Part shown: in pieces, positions 27,369 through 34,753 of the stretch
How positions within the stretch are numbered: the stretch's first letter is position 1
Layout of the letters: each line of letters starts with the position of its first letter
The notes under the pieces: model-generated
What the model was told of the DNA's origin: nothing
The model's input: the letters and a program-made list of their open reading frames with translations, nothing else
The model's database searches: none
Translations under genes and position numbers: made by a program
Origin: an uncultured Christensenella sp.
Lineage (GTDB): Bacteria; Bacillota; Clostridia; Christensenellales; UBA1242
Length of the DNA: 42,653 nucleotides
Direction: 5' to 3'
Assembly (NCBI GenBank): GCA_964563895.1
Contig: CAZLYY010000001.1
Span: forward strand, 9,112-51,764

Positions 27369-28310
27369 ATGATTTTTAGAAATACTTTTAGGTTACTTTT
27401 AAGCAATTTTTCCAATGTTTGGAAAATGCTTGTTTATTATTGTATTTGTGTTGCGTTGACTTTTTGTGTTTGTGGTGTGCTTATTCACCCTATTATTGTA
27501 AAATTGTCCGAAGCAAATGTCTTTCAAGATTTTGCAGAAGCGGTAAACGGCTTGTTTTCCGCCACACCTACAACAACCGCAATTTCTTTGCAAGAAGTAG
27601 GACGTGTTGCTTTGTCAATTCTTTTGTCAAAAGAGTTGGTTGCCAATTTTATAATTTTGTGTTTTTGGCTTGCTATTGTTTTTCCTTTTACATTAGATTT
27701 AGCACAACTTCCTATGGGGGAAGTGTTGTATGGATATATGAGTAGTCAAACAAAATATGGCTTTACAGGTCGTTTTATAAAGACTATTGGCAAGAGTGCG
27801 GAATATAGCATTATTAGGATTTTTATGACATTGCTATTCAATGCATGTATTTTGGGGTTGACTTATTTGATAGTAAAGATTGCAACATATGGCAATCCAC
27901 TCTATTTAGGGCTAGATATTCTTTTGTTGGCGGTTATGTTTGTTGTCGTTGCACTCAAATATTCACTTCTTTCTTGTTGGATGCCTGCAATTTCCGTTCT
28001 TGATATGGGTGTTTTTGAAGCATTACGTCAAAACTTTAGATGTATTTCTAGACGTTTTGGAAGTATCTTTTCCAATTGTTTGCTTCTTGTTATGTCCGCT
28101 TTTGTATTCAACCTTATTTTTGGTGTGTTTTCATTTACCGTTTCATTTGTCGTATCATTGCCACTCACCGCATTTGTTTTTGTAGTTTTTCAAATGGTTA
28201 GTTTCTTTTCTGTACAAGGAATGAGATTTTATGTCTATCCTGATTTGTTTATTTCTCCTAAAACTTTTGAAGAATCTCTCAGCGTTGACGACTCAAAATA
28301 TATCATTTAA
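27369..28310 (+). CDS. Polytopic membrane protein of unknown function (about 6-7 TM helices)
   Basis: 313 aa made of successive hydrophobic segments (MLVYYCICVALTFCVCGVLI, FIILCFWLAIVFPF, IFMTLLFNACILGLTYLIV, ILLLAVMFVVVAL, LLLVMSAFVFNLIFGVFSF...). No catalytic motif recognised. Confidence 0.5.
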   Translation: MIFRNTFRLLLSNFSNVWKMLVYYCICVALTFCVCGVLIHPIIVKLSEANVFQDFAEAVNGLFSATPTTTAISLQEVGRVALSILLSKELVANFIILCFWLAIVFPFTLDLAQLPMGEVLYGYMSSQTKYGFTGRFIKTIGKSAEYSIIRIFMTLLFNACILGLTYLIVKIATYGNPLYLGLDILLLAVMFVVVALKYSLLSCWMPAISVLDMGVFEALRQNFRCISRRFGSIFSNCLLLVMSAFVFNLIFGVFSFTVSFVVSLPLTAFVFVVFQMVSFFSVQGMRFYVYPDLFISPKTFEESLSVDDSKYII

Positions 28311-28323
28311 TTATAAAAAACTC

Positions 28324-28352
28324 TTGACAAGTTTGGTTTAATTGGTTAAACT
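28324..28352 (+). promoter_or_regulatory. Sigma-A-type promoter (TTGACA-17-TAAACT) that would give rnj a ~300-nt leader
   Basis: TTGACA at 28324-28329, a 17-nt spacer, and TAAACT at 28347-28352. Confidence 0.4.
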
Positions 28353-28494
28353 TTCTTAAAGTAAATTAACTTAGGTTGAAACATTTATATTTTTATATAA
28401 ATGAAAATATACTTTATTACAATCAAATATATAAAAGCAAATAAGGGTTTGTTTGTTTTTATGTTTGTGTAATATGTTTTATAAAATAGGGAAC

Positions 28495-28596
28495 GGGTGC
28501 CTTTTTGTCTACCACAAAAATTGTGGTAGACTCCCGCAATTTGCTTGACGCAAATTGCGTAAAATTTAAACTCCGTTTAAATTTAAAAAGGCACCC
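28495..28596. repeat. Nested-palindrome 'cloverleaf' element A (four-way junction) in the rnj leader
   Basis: Closing helix gggtgccttttt (28495-28506) / aaaaaggcaccc (28585-28596), 12 bp perfect. Hairpin 1: 28507-28531, 11 bp perfect, loop aaa. Hairpin 2: 28535-28559, 10 bp perfect, loop ttgac. Hairpin 3: 28562-28584, 10 bp perfect, loop tcc. Junction linkers are 0-3 nt. Confidence 0.8.
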
Positions 28597-28656
28597 TTGT
28601 CCTACAAAACTTGTTTAGTTTATTAAAAATAAATATAAAAAAATAAAAGGAAAATT

Positions 28657-30780
28657 ATGGAAGAAAATAAAAGAAATTTTTGGGTGCCAGCGATGAGCAA
28701 CAAACGCACCACGTACAGTTCTGATGTTGATAGCAAGAACGACCACTCATCTACATCAGCAAAACAAAACATTAAAAAAAATGTTAAAGTAGAAGCAAAG
28801 ACTCAAAAAAATGAAAAGATTGCTTCTCAAAAGAAGTCGTCAAAACCAAAGGAAAACAAAACCAATAAAGTCCAAAAAACTACTACCACAAAGCCTTCAC
28901 CAAAGAAGTCTTTGAATAGTACTGGTTCAAAAAAGACAACAAATAGGGGTAAAAAGTCAACTAATACACAAGTCAATTTGACCAACGACCAAACTCTTTC
29001 ATTGAAGAATTTGAGTGCAAGAAAAAAGAATAATGACAAAAAAGACCTTTTTTCTGACAATATCACATCTGACCGCACAGAAAAATCTTTGATAGAAAAG
29101 AAACAAATTCCAGACCTTGGCAAATCAAATTTGCGTATCACTTTTATTGGCGGAATTGGCGAAATTGGCAAAAATATGACCGTTCTTGAATATGGCGATG
29201 ATATGATTATGATTGACGCAGGGCAGTCTTTCCCAGACGAAACTGCTCCTGGGATAGATTCTGTTGTGCAAGACCTTAGTTATGTAGAAGCAAACAAGAA
29301 AAAACTTCGTGCTATTTTTATAACTCACGGGCACGAAGACCATATTGGCGGACTTTGGTATGCTTTAAAAACTGTCAAAGCACCAATTTATGGTTCCGCT
29401 GTTTCTTTGGGACTAATTGAAGGCAAACTTGCCGAAGCGAAAGAACTTGATGGCACTGTTCTCAAATGTGTCAAAGCAGGCGCAACTGTTAGTGCAGGAA
29501 AATTTAAAGTGGAATTTGTTTCAATGACTCACTCCATTCCGGGTGCATTTGGGCTTGCAATTACCACTCCTGTTGGTACGATTTTCCATACAGGCGATTT
29601 CAAAATTGACGCTACTCCAATAGGCAATGATTATTGTGATTTAAAGCGTATTGCCGAACTTGGCAAAAAGGGTGTTTTGCTCCTTATGAGTGATAGCACC
29701 AATGTTGAAAGACAAGGTTTTTCTCTTAGCGAATCCGTTGTTGGAAAGACTTTCAAGCAACTTATTTCCAATTATAGAGAACAAAGAATTATCATTGCGA
29801 CATTTGCTTCAAACATTCATAGATTGCAACAAATTGCTGATTTTGCAAAGGAATTTAATAGAAAAATTGCATTTACAGGTAGAAGTATGCGCAATGTTTC
29901 CGAAATGGCTATGAAAATTGGCGAACTTCATTGTGATAGAGATTTGATTGTTGATATTGACAAAATTGACAAATACGAAGACAAGGAAATTATCATTATA
30001 TCCACGGGTTCACAAGGCGAAGTTATGAGTGCTCTCAATCGTATGGCACTTGACGACTATCCAAAGATTAAACTTGGGGATAACGATGTTGTTATTTTGT
30101 CTTCATCTCCAATTCCAGGAAATGAAAAACAAATAAACAATTTGATAAACCAACTTTATAGAAAGAATTGCAAAATTATTTACAACGAAATAGCCGAAGT
30201 CCACGCTTCTGGGCACGCTTATAAAGAAGAACTTAAAATTATTTTATCTCTTGTAAGGCCAACTTTCTTTATTCCTGTCCATGGGGAATATAGACACCTT
30301 AAAAACCAACAACTTTTAGCCAAAGAAATGGGTATGCCAGAAAGAAATATTATTATTCCAGAACTTGGTATGCAAGTGGAAGTTGCAAAAGATTTCATCA
30401 AGGTTGCAGGGCAAGTGCCAGCAGGCGATGTCCTTATTGATGGAACAGGTCGTGGCGACAAAGATAGCGATGTTATTCGTGATAGACTTTATCTCGCAAA
30501 AGAGGGAATGTGTGTCGTTGTTATAAAAATTGATGAGAATTCAAAACAAGTTGTAGCAAAACCAAGAATATATTCTCGTGGATTTATTTATAAAGATGAG
30601 TTAAATGAAATTTTGACTGGCTCACAAGATTTTATTTTGGAACAACTTGCACTTGTAGATTTGAAAGCCTTTGAAAGCACAAGAGAAATAGAAGCCTATG
30701 TTAAAAAGATAGCACTTTCTTATTTTTCAAAACATACCAAAAGGCGTCCAATGATTGTTCCTATTGTTATGGAAGTGTAA
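28657..30780 (+). CDS. rnj: Ribonuclease J (beta-CASP metallo-beta-lactamase RNase) with a ~157-aa Lys/Ser/Thr/Asn-rich N-terminal extension
   Basis: The core starts at NLRITFIGGIGEIGKNMTVLEYGDDMIMIDAG. It includes HITHGHEDHIGG (HxHxDH), the beta-CASP region and EVHASGHAYKEEL. SD aaaagg precedes the ATG at 28657. Confidence 0.93.
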   Translation: MEENKRNFWVPAMSNKRTTYSSDVDSKNDHSSTSAKQNIKKNVKVEAKTQKNEKIASQKKSSKPKENKTNKVQKTTTTKPSPKKSLNSTGSKKTTNRGKKSTNTQVNLTNDQTLSLKNLSARKKNNDKKDLFSDNITSDRTEKSLIEKKQIPDLGKSNLRITFIGGIGEIGKNMTVLEYGDDMIMIDAGQSFPDETAPGIDSVVQDLSYVEANKKKLRAIFITHGHEDHIGGLWYALKTVKAPIYGSAVSLGLIEGKLAEAKELDGTVLKCVKAGATVSAGKFKVEFVSMTHSIPGAFGLAITTPVGTIFHTGDFKIDATPIGNDYCDLKRIAELGKKGVLLLMSDSTNVERQGFSLSESVVGKTFKQLISNYREQRIIIATFASNIHRLQQIADFAKEFNRKIAFTGRSMRNVSEMAMKIGELHCDRDLIVDIDKIDKYEDKEIIIISTGSQGEVMSALNRMALDDYPKIKLGDNDVVILSSSPIPGNEKQINNLINQLYRKNCKIIYNEIAEVHASGHAYKEELKIILSLVRPTFFIPVHGEYRHLKNQQLLAKEMGMPERNIIIPELGMQVEVAKDFIKVAGQVPAGDVLIDGTGRGDKDSDVIRDRLYLAKEGMCVVVIKIDENSKQVVAKPRIYSRGFIYKDELNEILTGSQDFILEQLALVDLKAFESTREIEAYVKKIALSYFSKHTKRRPMIVPIVMEV

Positions 30781-30794
30781 TAAATTGTTGATTG

Positions 30795-30930
30795 AAAGGG
30801 AGCGGACAGGCGCTTGCGAAAATGTGCATTTTCACAATCGCCCCACCCCCTTTTTTCAATTTGAAAAATTGAAAAAGGGGGAACAAAAGTTTTTGGCATT
30901 GGCGCAAAAACTTTTGTGTCCGCTCCCTTT
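30795..30930. repeat. Nested-palindrome 'cloverleaf' element B immediately after the rnj stop; its closing helix plus T-run probably acts as the rnj terminator
   Basis: Closing helix aaagggagcggaca (30795-30808) / tgtccgctcccttt (30917-30930), 14 bp perfect, then TTTT. Inner hairpin 1: 30809-30842 (ggcg/cgcc plus gaaaat/attttc). Hairpin 2: 30846-30881, 14 bp with a 1-nt bulge (cccccttttttcaat/attgaaaaaggggg). Hairpin 3: 30884-30916, 12 bp perfect (caaaagtttttg/caaaaacttttg). Confidence 0.8.
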
Positions 30931-30958
30931 TTTATCAAACAAAACTTCCTTGCACTAC

Positions 30959-30986
30959 TTGACAAAATCGTCAAAATAAGTATAAT
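30959..30986 (+). promoter_or_regulatory. Sigma-A-type promoter of rnpB (TTGACA-16-TATAAT)
   Basis: TTGACA at 30959-30964 and TATAAT at 30981-30986, about 8 nt before the start of the P1 helix. Confidence 0.6.
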
Positions 30987-30994
30987 ATCTAAAC

Positions 30995-31409
30995 CTAGGT
31001 GGACAGGTGGTCGCAAGCTAAATATGGTGTTTAGTTTGAGGAAAGTCCGAGCTTCATTGGACTAGGGTGCTGAGCAACTCTCAGTGGAGGCAACTCTAAG
31101 GAAAGTGCAACAGAAATAAACTACGGCATCAAATTTTGTTGTAAAAAGTGTTTACATTTTGCCTTAATAGTGCTGTGCATGTAGTTAAGGGTACAACAAA
31201 TAGCCGTAAAAGGTGGAAAGGCGGGGTAAGAGCCCACCGGCAAATTGGCGACAATTTGTGCTATGTAAACCCCACTTGAAGCAAGATTAAAAAGGAACGT
31301 AATGCGTAGTCCTGCTAGTTCCTTTAAAAGTATCGCTTGAGCATATTGGCAACAATGTGCCTAGATAGATGACCACTTAATACAGAACTCGGCTTACAGT
31401 TCACACTAG
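30995..31409 (+). ncRNA. rnpB: RNase P RNA (bacterial, type B-like)
   Basis: Universally conserved GAGGAAAGTCCGAGC (P4 5' strand, ~31040) and ACAGAACTCGGCTTAC (P4 3' strand, ~31382). The P1 pairing ctaggtggac (30995-31004) / gttcacactag (31399-31409) includes G-U pairs, and GGTAAGAGCCCACCG is a J11/12-P12 type string. About 415 nt with its own promoter and terminator. Confidence 0.9.
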
Positions 31410-31410
31410 C

Positions 31411-31446
31411 AAAATATCTCACAGTTTTTCTGTGAGATATTTTTGT
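31411..31446. terminator. Bidirectional terminator shared by the convergent rnpB and sigK
   Basis: An 11-bp perfect stem, atatctcacag (31414-31424) / ctgtgagatat (31430-31440), with loop ttttt, an A-run upstream and a T-run downstream. Confidence 0.75.
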
Positions 31447-32148
31447 TTAATTTTTAAAAGGATTATCTTTTCCAATTTTTTCTCTTATTTCTTCAATTGC
31501 TTTTTTTTCAAGTCTACTTATGTACGACCGCGAAATATTGAGTTTTTTAGCAATTTCTCTTTGCGCATAAATTGGAGTGTTGCCAAGCCCATATCTCATA
31601 GATAAAATTTGATATTCTCGTTCGTTTAATGTGTCTTTTGCAAGATTAATCAATCTTTCGGTTAAAACAGAATTTTCAACATTTTCAATCACGTCTTCAT
31701 CGTTTGGAATAATATCTTGCAACGAAACTTCATTGCCGTCTTTATCTTTTCCTAGTGTTTCGCTAAGGGACATAACTTGTGTGTGTTTTTTGTTGACTCT
31801 TAAAAGCATTAAAATTTCATTTTCAATACAACGTGCCGCATAGGTAGAGAATTGTGTATTTTTGCCATATTCAAAAGTATTGACCGCTTTGATAAGCCCA
31901 ATAGAACCAACAGATATAAGGTCATCACTTTCAGCAGAACCCCCATATTTTTTTGCAACATGTGCAACAAGTCTTAGGTTGTGAGAAATGAGTTTTTCTT
32001 TTGCCTTTTTATCCCCATTTTTATATCTTCTAAAGTACTCTTTTTCTTGCTTTTCTTCAAGTGGTTTTGGAAAATTTGAAGCATTATTGACATAGGCAGA
32101 AAAAAGCATAATTTTATTCATAAAAGCCATAAAACTCTCAACAATCAT
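31447..32148 (-). CDS. sigK: Sporulation sigma factor, pro-sigma-K type (uninterrupted)
   Basis: A pro-sequence-like hydrophobic N-terminus, then NASNFPKPLEEKQEKEY, NLRLVAHVAKKY, DLISVGSIGLIKAV, STYAARCIENEILMLLR, GKDKDGNEVSLQDII and QREIAKKLNISRSYISRLEKKA. NLRLVAH, YAARCIENEILM and QREIAK..ISRSY match SigK better than SigE as I recall both. Confidence 0.7.
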   Translation of the reverse strand: MIVESFMAFMNKIMLFSAYVNNASNFPKPLEEKQEKEYFRRYKNGDKKAKEKLISHNLRLVAHVAKKYGGSAESDDLISVGSIGLIKAVNTFEYGKNTQFSTYAARCIENEILMLLRVNKKHTQVMSLSETLGKDKDGNEVSLQDIIPNDEDVIENVENSVLTERLINLAKDTLNEREYQILSMRYGLGNTPIYAQREIAKKLNISRSYISRLEKKAIEEIREKIGKDNPFKN

Positions 32149-32218
32149 ATATCAACTCCCTTATCTATACTTTTATGTTGAAATTTGTCAAAATTTGCTT
32201 GTCCAATTGTTTTTTGTG

Positions 32219-32249
32219 AATATATGGTTGTCATTGGCACAAAAATATG
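32219..32249 (-). promoter_or_regulatory. Candidate mother-cell (sigma-E/sigma-K type) promoter of sigK
   Basis: The minus strand reads tcCATATTt-17 nt-CATATATTc. -35 CATATT is complement 32244-32249 and -10 CATATATT is complement 32219-32226. This resembles the sigma-E consensus (ATATT-like -35, CATACA-T -10), about 60-70 nt upstream of the ATG. Confidence 0.35.
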
Positions 32250-32291
32250 GACTTTTTGACCTAAATATTGTTGTTGGAGTTTAATTGGTCG

Positions 32292-32405
32292 CGGGGGAGC
32301 GGGCAACGAGCCAAATGGCTCGTTCGTCCGCTTGCCAGCCCCAAAACGGGCTTGCAAGCGGGCGTGTCAAGGCTTTGCACCCCAAAGCCTTGACGCCCGC
32401 TCCCC
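32292..32405. repeat. Nested-palindrome 'cloverleaf' element C, a GC-rich island in the sigK/rarA divergent intergenic region
   Basis: Closing helix gggggagcgggc (32292-32303) / gcccgctccccc (32394-32405), 12 bp perfect. Hairpin 1: 32304-32323, 8 bp (aacgagcc/ggctcgtt). Hairpin 2: 32327-32360, 14 bp with one C-T mismatch. Hairpin 3: 32365-32393, 12 bp perfect (gtcaaggctttg/caaagccttgac). The closing helix shares GGGAGCGG with element B. Confidence 0.8.
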
Positions 32406-32466
32406 CTTATGCAAAGTTATTTTTTAAATAAAAATCATTTGTCAATTTCAATTATTTAATAAAACT

Positions 32467-32494
32467 TTGACTTTTTGTTATGTTGTGATAATAT
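32467..32494 (+). promoter_or_regulatory. Sigma-A-type promoter of rarA (TTGACT-16-TGaTAATAT)
   Basis: TTGACT at 32467-32472, TG at 32486-32487, and TAATAT at 32489-32494. It lies downstream of element C. Confidence 0.45.
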
Positions 32495-32534
32495 TTAAAT
32501 AAGGGATAAAAAGATTTCAAGGAGACAAATAAAA

Positions 32535-33773
32535 TTGGACAACCTATTTCAAAATTTATACAACGATAAAAAACCTTTGGCAGAAAAAATGCGACCAACA
32601 AATTTGGACGAATTTGTAGGACAAAAGCACATTTTAGGGAAAGGGAAATTGCTCTATAGACTTATTGAAGCAAAAAGAGTGCCAAGTGTTATTTTTTACG
32701 GGCCTCCAGGGACAGGCAAAACAACTCTCGCTCAAATAATTGCAAACACGAGCAACTCAAAATTTGTCAAACTCAATGCGATTTCAAATGGTGTCGCAGA
32801 TGTAAAAGCGGTTATTGACCAAGCCAAAAAAGATTTTGAATTGTATGGGCAAAAAACTTATCTTCTTCTTGACGAATGTCATAGGTGGAGCAAGGCTCAA
32901 AGCGATTCACTTTTATCTTCTCTTGAGAATGGTTATCTTCTTTTTGTTGGGTGTACAACTGAAAACCCAAGTTATAGTATGACCAGAGCAATAGTTTCTA
33001 GATGCTCGGTTTTTGAGTTTAAAAGGTTGGGCGAAGAAGATATAAAACTTGTTTTAAATAGGGCATTGAATGCCGAAAATGGGCTAAAAGCATACAATGT
33101 CAAAATGGACGATGAAGCCCTAAACTACATTGCTTCCGCTTGTGGCGGTGATGTGCGAAGTGCCTTGAACGGCCTTGAACTTGGCGCAATAACAACTCCC
33201 AAAAATAAAAATAAAGAAACAATTATTACCAAAGAAATATTGGCAGAATGTTTGCAAAAGAAAGCAACAACTTTAAACGAAGATGTGTATTACGATTTGC
33301 TTAGTGCTTTTTGCAAAAGTTTGCGTGGAAGTGATTCAACCGCGGCCTTGTATTATGCCAATAGACTTATTGAAGGTGGAATAGAACCACAAGTGCTTGC
33401 AAGACGCACAATTTGTCATGCTAGCGAAGATGTTGGCTTTGGAGCACCTATGGCACTTTTGCAAGCGTGTGCCGCATTGTATGCCTTGGACAATCTTGGT
33501 ATGCCAGAAGGCAATTTGGCTTTAACTCAAGCCATAATTTATGTGTGCGAGTCGCCAAAAGACAATAGGGTAGTTGTAGCAATGAATAGGGCACAAGATG
33601 ATGCCAAAAATCACCCAGACGACAATATTCCGCCATATCTTAGAAACCACACCCCACAAAGCAAATTTTACAAATATCCGCACGATTATGGTGGATATGT
33701 GGAGCAACAATATTTGCCAAATAGTTTAAAGAATAGAAAATATTTTGAAAGGAAAACCTCTAAAAAAGACTAA
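32535..33773 (+). CDS. rarA: Replication-associated recombination protein A (RarA/MgsA, AAA+ ATPase)
   Basis: TTG start with SD aaggag. PLAEKMRPTNLDEFVGQKHILG, Walker A GPPGTGKTT, Walker B LLLDECHRW, the MgsA C-terminal region YYDLLSAFCKSLRGSD..AALYY, and HASEDVG. Confidence 0.9.
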   Translation: MDNLFQNLYNDKKPLAEKMRPTNLDEFVGQKHILGKGKLLYRLIEAKRVPSVIFYGPPGTGKTTLAQIIANTSNSKFVKLNAISNGVADVKAVIDQAKKDFELYGQKTYLLLDECHRWSKAQSDSLLSSLENGYLLFVGCTTENPSYSMTRAIVSRCSVFEFKRLGEEDIKLVLNRALNAENGLKAYNVKMDDEALNYIASACGGDVRSALNGLELGAITTPKNKNKETIITKEILAECLQKKATTLNEDVYYDLLSAFCKSLRGSDSTAALYYANRLIEGGIEPQVLARRTICHASEDVGFGAPMALLQACAALYALDNLGMPEGNLALTQAIIYVCESPKDNRVVVAMNRAQDDAKNHPDDNIPPYLRNHTPQSKFYKYPHDYGGYVEQQYLPNSLKNRKYFERKTSKKD

Positions 33774-33906
33774 AATTTTTTATTTTATAGGGCAATATAT
33801 AACTTTAAAATAAAATATGACAAAATTGTCAAAATAATATAGTAGACAAAATCGTTAGGCGTTTTTGAAAAACTATGGTATGGTATAGTTGTAAAAGGGG
33901 AAAAAT

Positions 33907-34611
33907 ATGAAAATAAAAAATAGATTTTTTAGTATTGTTTTTGCAGTTTTACTTGTGTTGCCTATGATGTGTTTGCTAAGTGGCTGTGGCGGAGATGAAC
34001 CTATCCCAAAAGAGTATGCTTGGGGTAAAACCTTTAGTTATCAAGGTGTGTTTGTTGCTAACAAAGGACAGTATGGTATGGGCGGGACCCCTTATGGCGA
34101 ATTGCTAAAAAGTGAGTATAACAAGAATAATATTGATTTAGAAAAAGTGACTATAAATGGGGAAACAAAGGATTTGACCTCGGCTTGCAAAGGAATGACT
34201 GCGGACGCATTTATCTCACACATTGACAATCTTGCCAAGACAATGTTAGAGAAAAAATATGAAAATTTTGTTGTAAAGGTCGGTAGTGAAGAAGAAAAAA
34301 CAGTAACAATAAACAACACAACATACAATTGCGTTTTGCAAGGCGGAGATTATTATAATATAAAAGAAAATGACAACAATGTTGGTGGTTTTAATTCTTT
34401 AATTTCCCTAGACGTTGACGGCAAAACAAAGGGGTGCTTGAATTTGAGTTATAATAAATTTCAAGATACTTATTATAATATTTCAATGAGTTTCCCAACA
34501 ATAACGATTTGCAATGATGCCTCGGCAGATAAAAATACCAATGGAGATGAAGTTGAATCGACTTCAATTAGTATTCAATACTATCCATATTTAAGTAAGG
34601 TAAGCGAATAA
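33907..34611 (+). CDS. Lipoprotein of unknown function
   Basis: Signal peptide with the lipobox LLSGC (MMCLLSGCGG). 234 aa with SD aaagggg. Confidence 0.6.
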   Translation: MKIKNRFFSIVFAVLLVLPMMCLLSGCGGDEPIPKEYAWGKTFSYQGVFVANKGQYGMGGTPYGELLKSEYNKNNIDLEKVTINGETKDLTSACKGMTADAFISHIDNLAKTMLEKKYENFVVKVGSEEEKTVTINNTTYNCVLQGGDYYNIKENDNNVGGFNSLISLDVDGKTKGCLNLSYNKFQDTYYNISMSFPTITICNDASADKNTNGDEVESTSISIQYYPYLSKVSE

Positions 34612-34690
34612 TAAGTAAAAATTGATATATTTAAAATTTGAAAACAAGTATGAAAAGTATCTTGAAATTATAAAGAATTAAGTTTTGAAC

Positions 34691-34745
34691 AAAAAAATAC
34701 CACAAGAATTGGGGTGAACCCCAATTATCAAGTGGTATTTTTTTA
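34691..34745. terminator. Bidirectional terminator between the lipoprotein gene and tex
   Basis: The outer stem ataccac (34697-34703) / gtggtat (34732-34738) and the inner stem aattgggg (34707-34714) / ccccaatt (34719-34726) are flanked by A7 and T8 runs. Confidence 0.7.
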
Positions 34746-34753
34746 TAAAAATT

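Noticed and set aside
16388-28310. Complete inducible prophage
   Set aside because: I recognised no integrase, recombinase, repressor, replication gene, tail tube, tape measure, baseplate, fibre or endolysin ORF on either strand, and the total coding capacity is only ~10 kb.
28495-28596. The cloverleaf elements read as tRNA, tmRNA or riboswitch genes
   Set aside because: The stems are 8-14 bp perfect helices with 3-9 nt loops. There are no D/T-loop or anticodon features and no CCA. The junctions have 0-3 unpaired nucleotides, leaving no room for a ligand pocket, and no nucleotides are conserved between copies. I therefore report them as repeats or structured elements instead.
30720-31016. 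ORFs 30755-30979 (+) and 30720-31016 (-) across the rnj-rnpB spacer
   Set aside because: They are translations of nested-palindrome element B and the rnpB promoter. They are open only because of the locally GC-richer palindromes, and they have no SD.
32145-32357. 70-aa minus-strand ORF upstream of sigK
   Set aside because: It starts inside GC-rich palindromic element C, overlaps the sigK start codon and promoter region, and has no SD.
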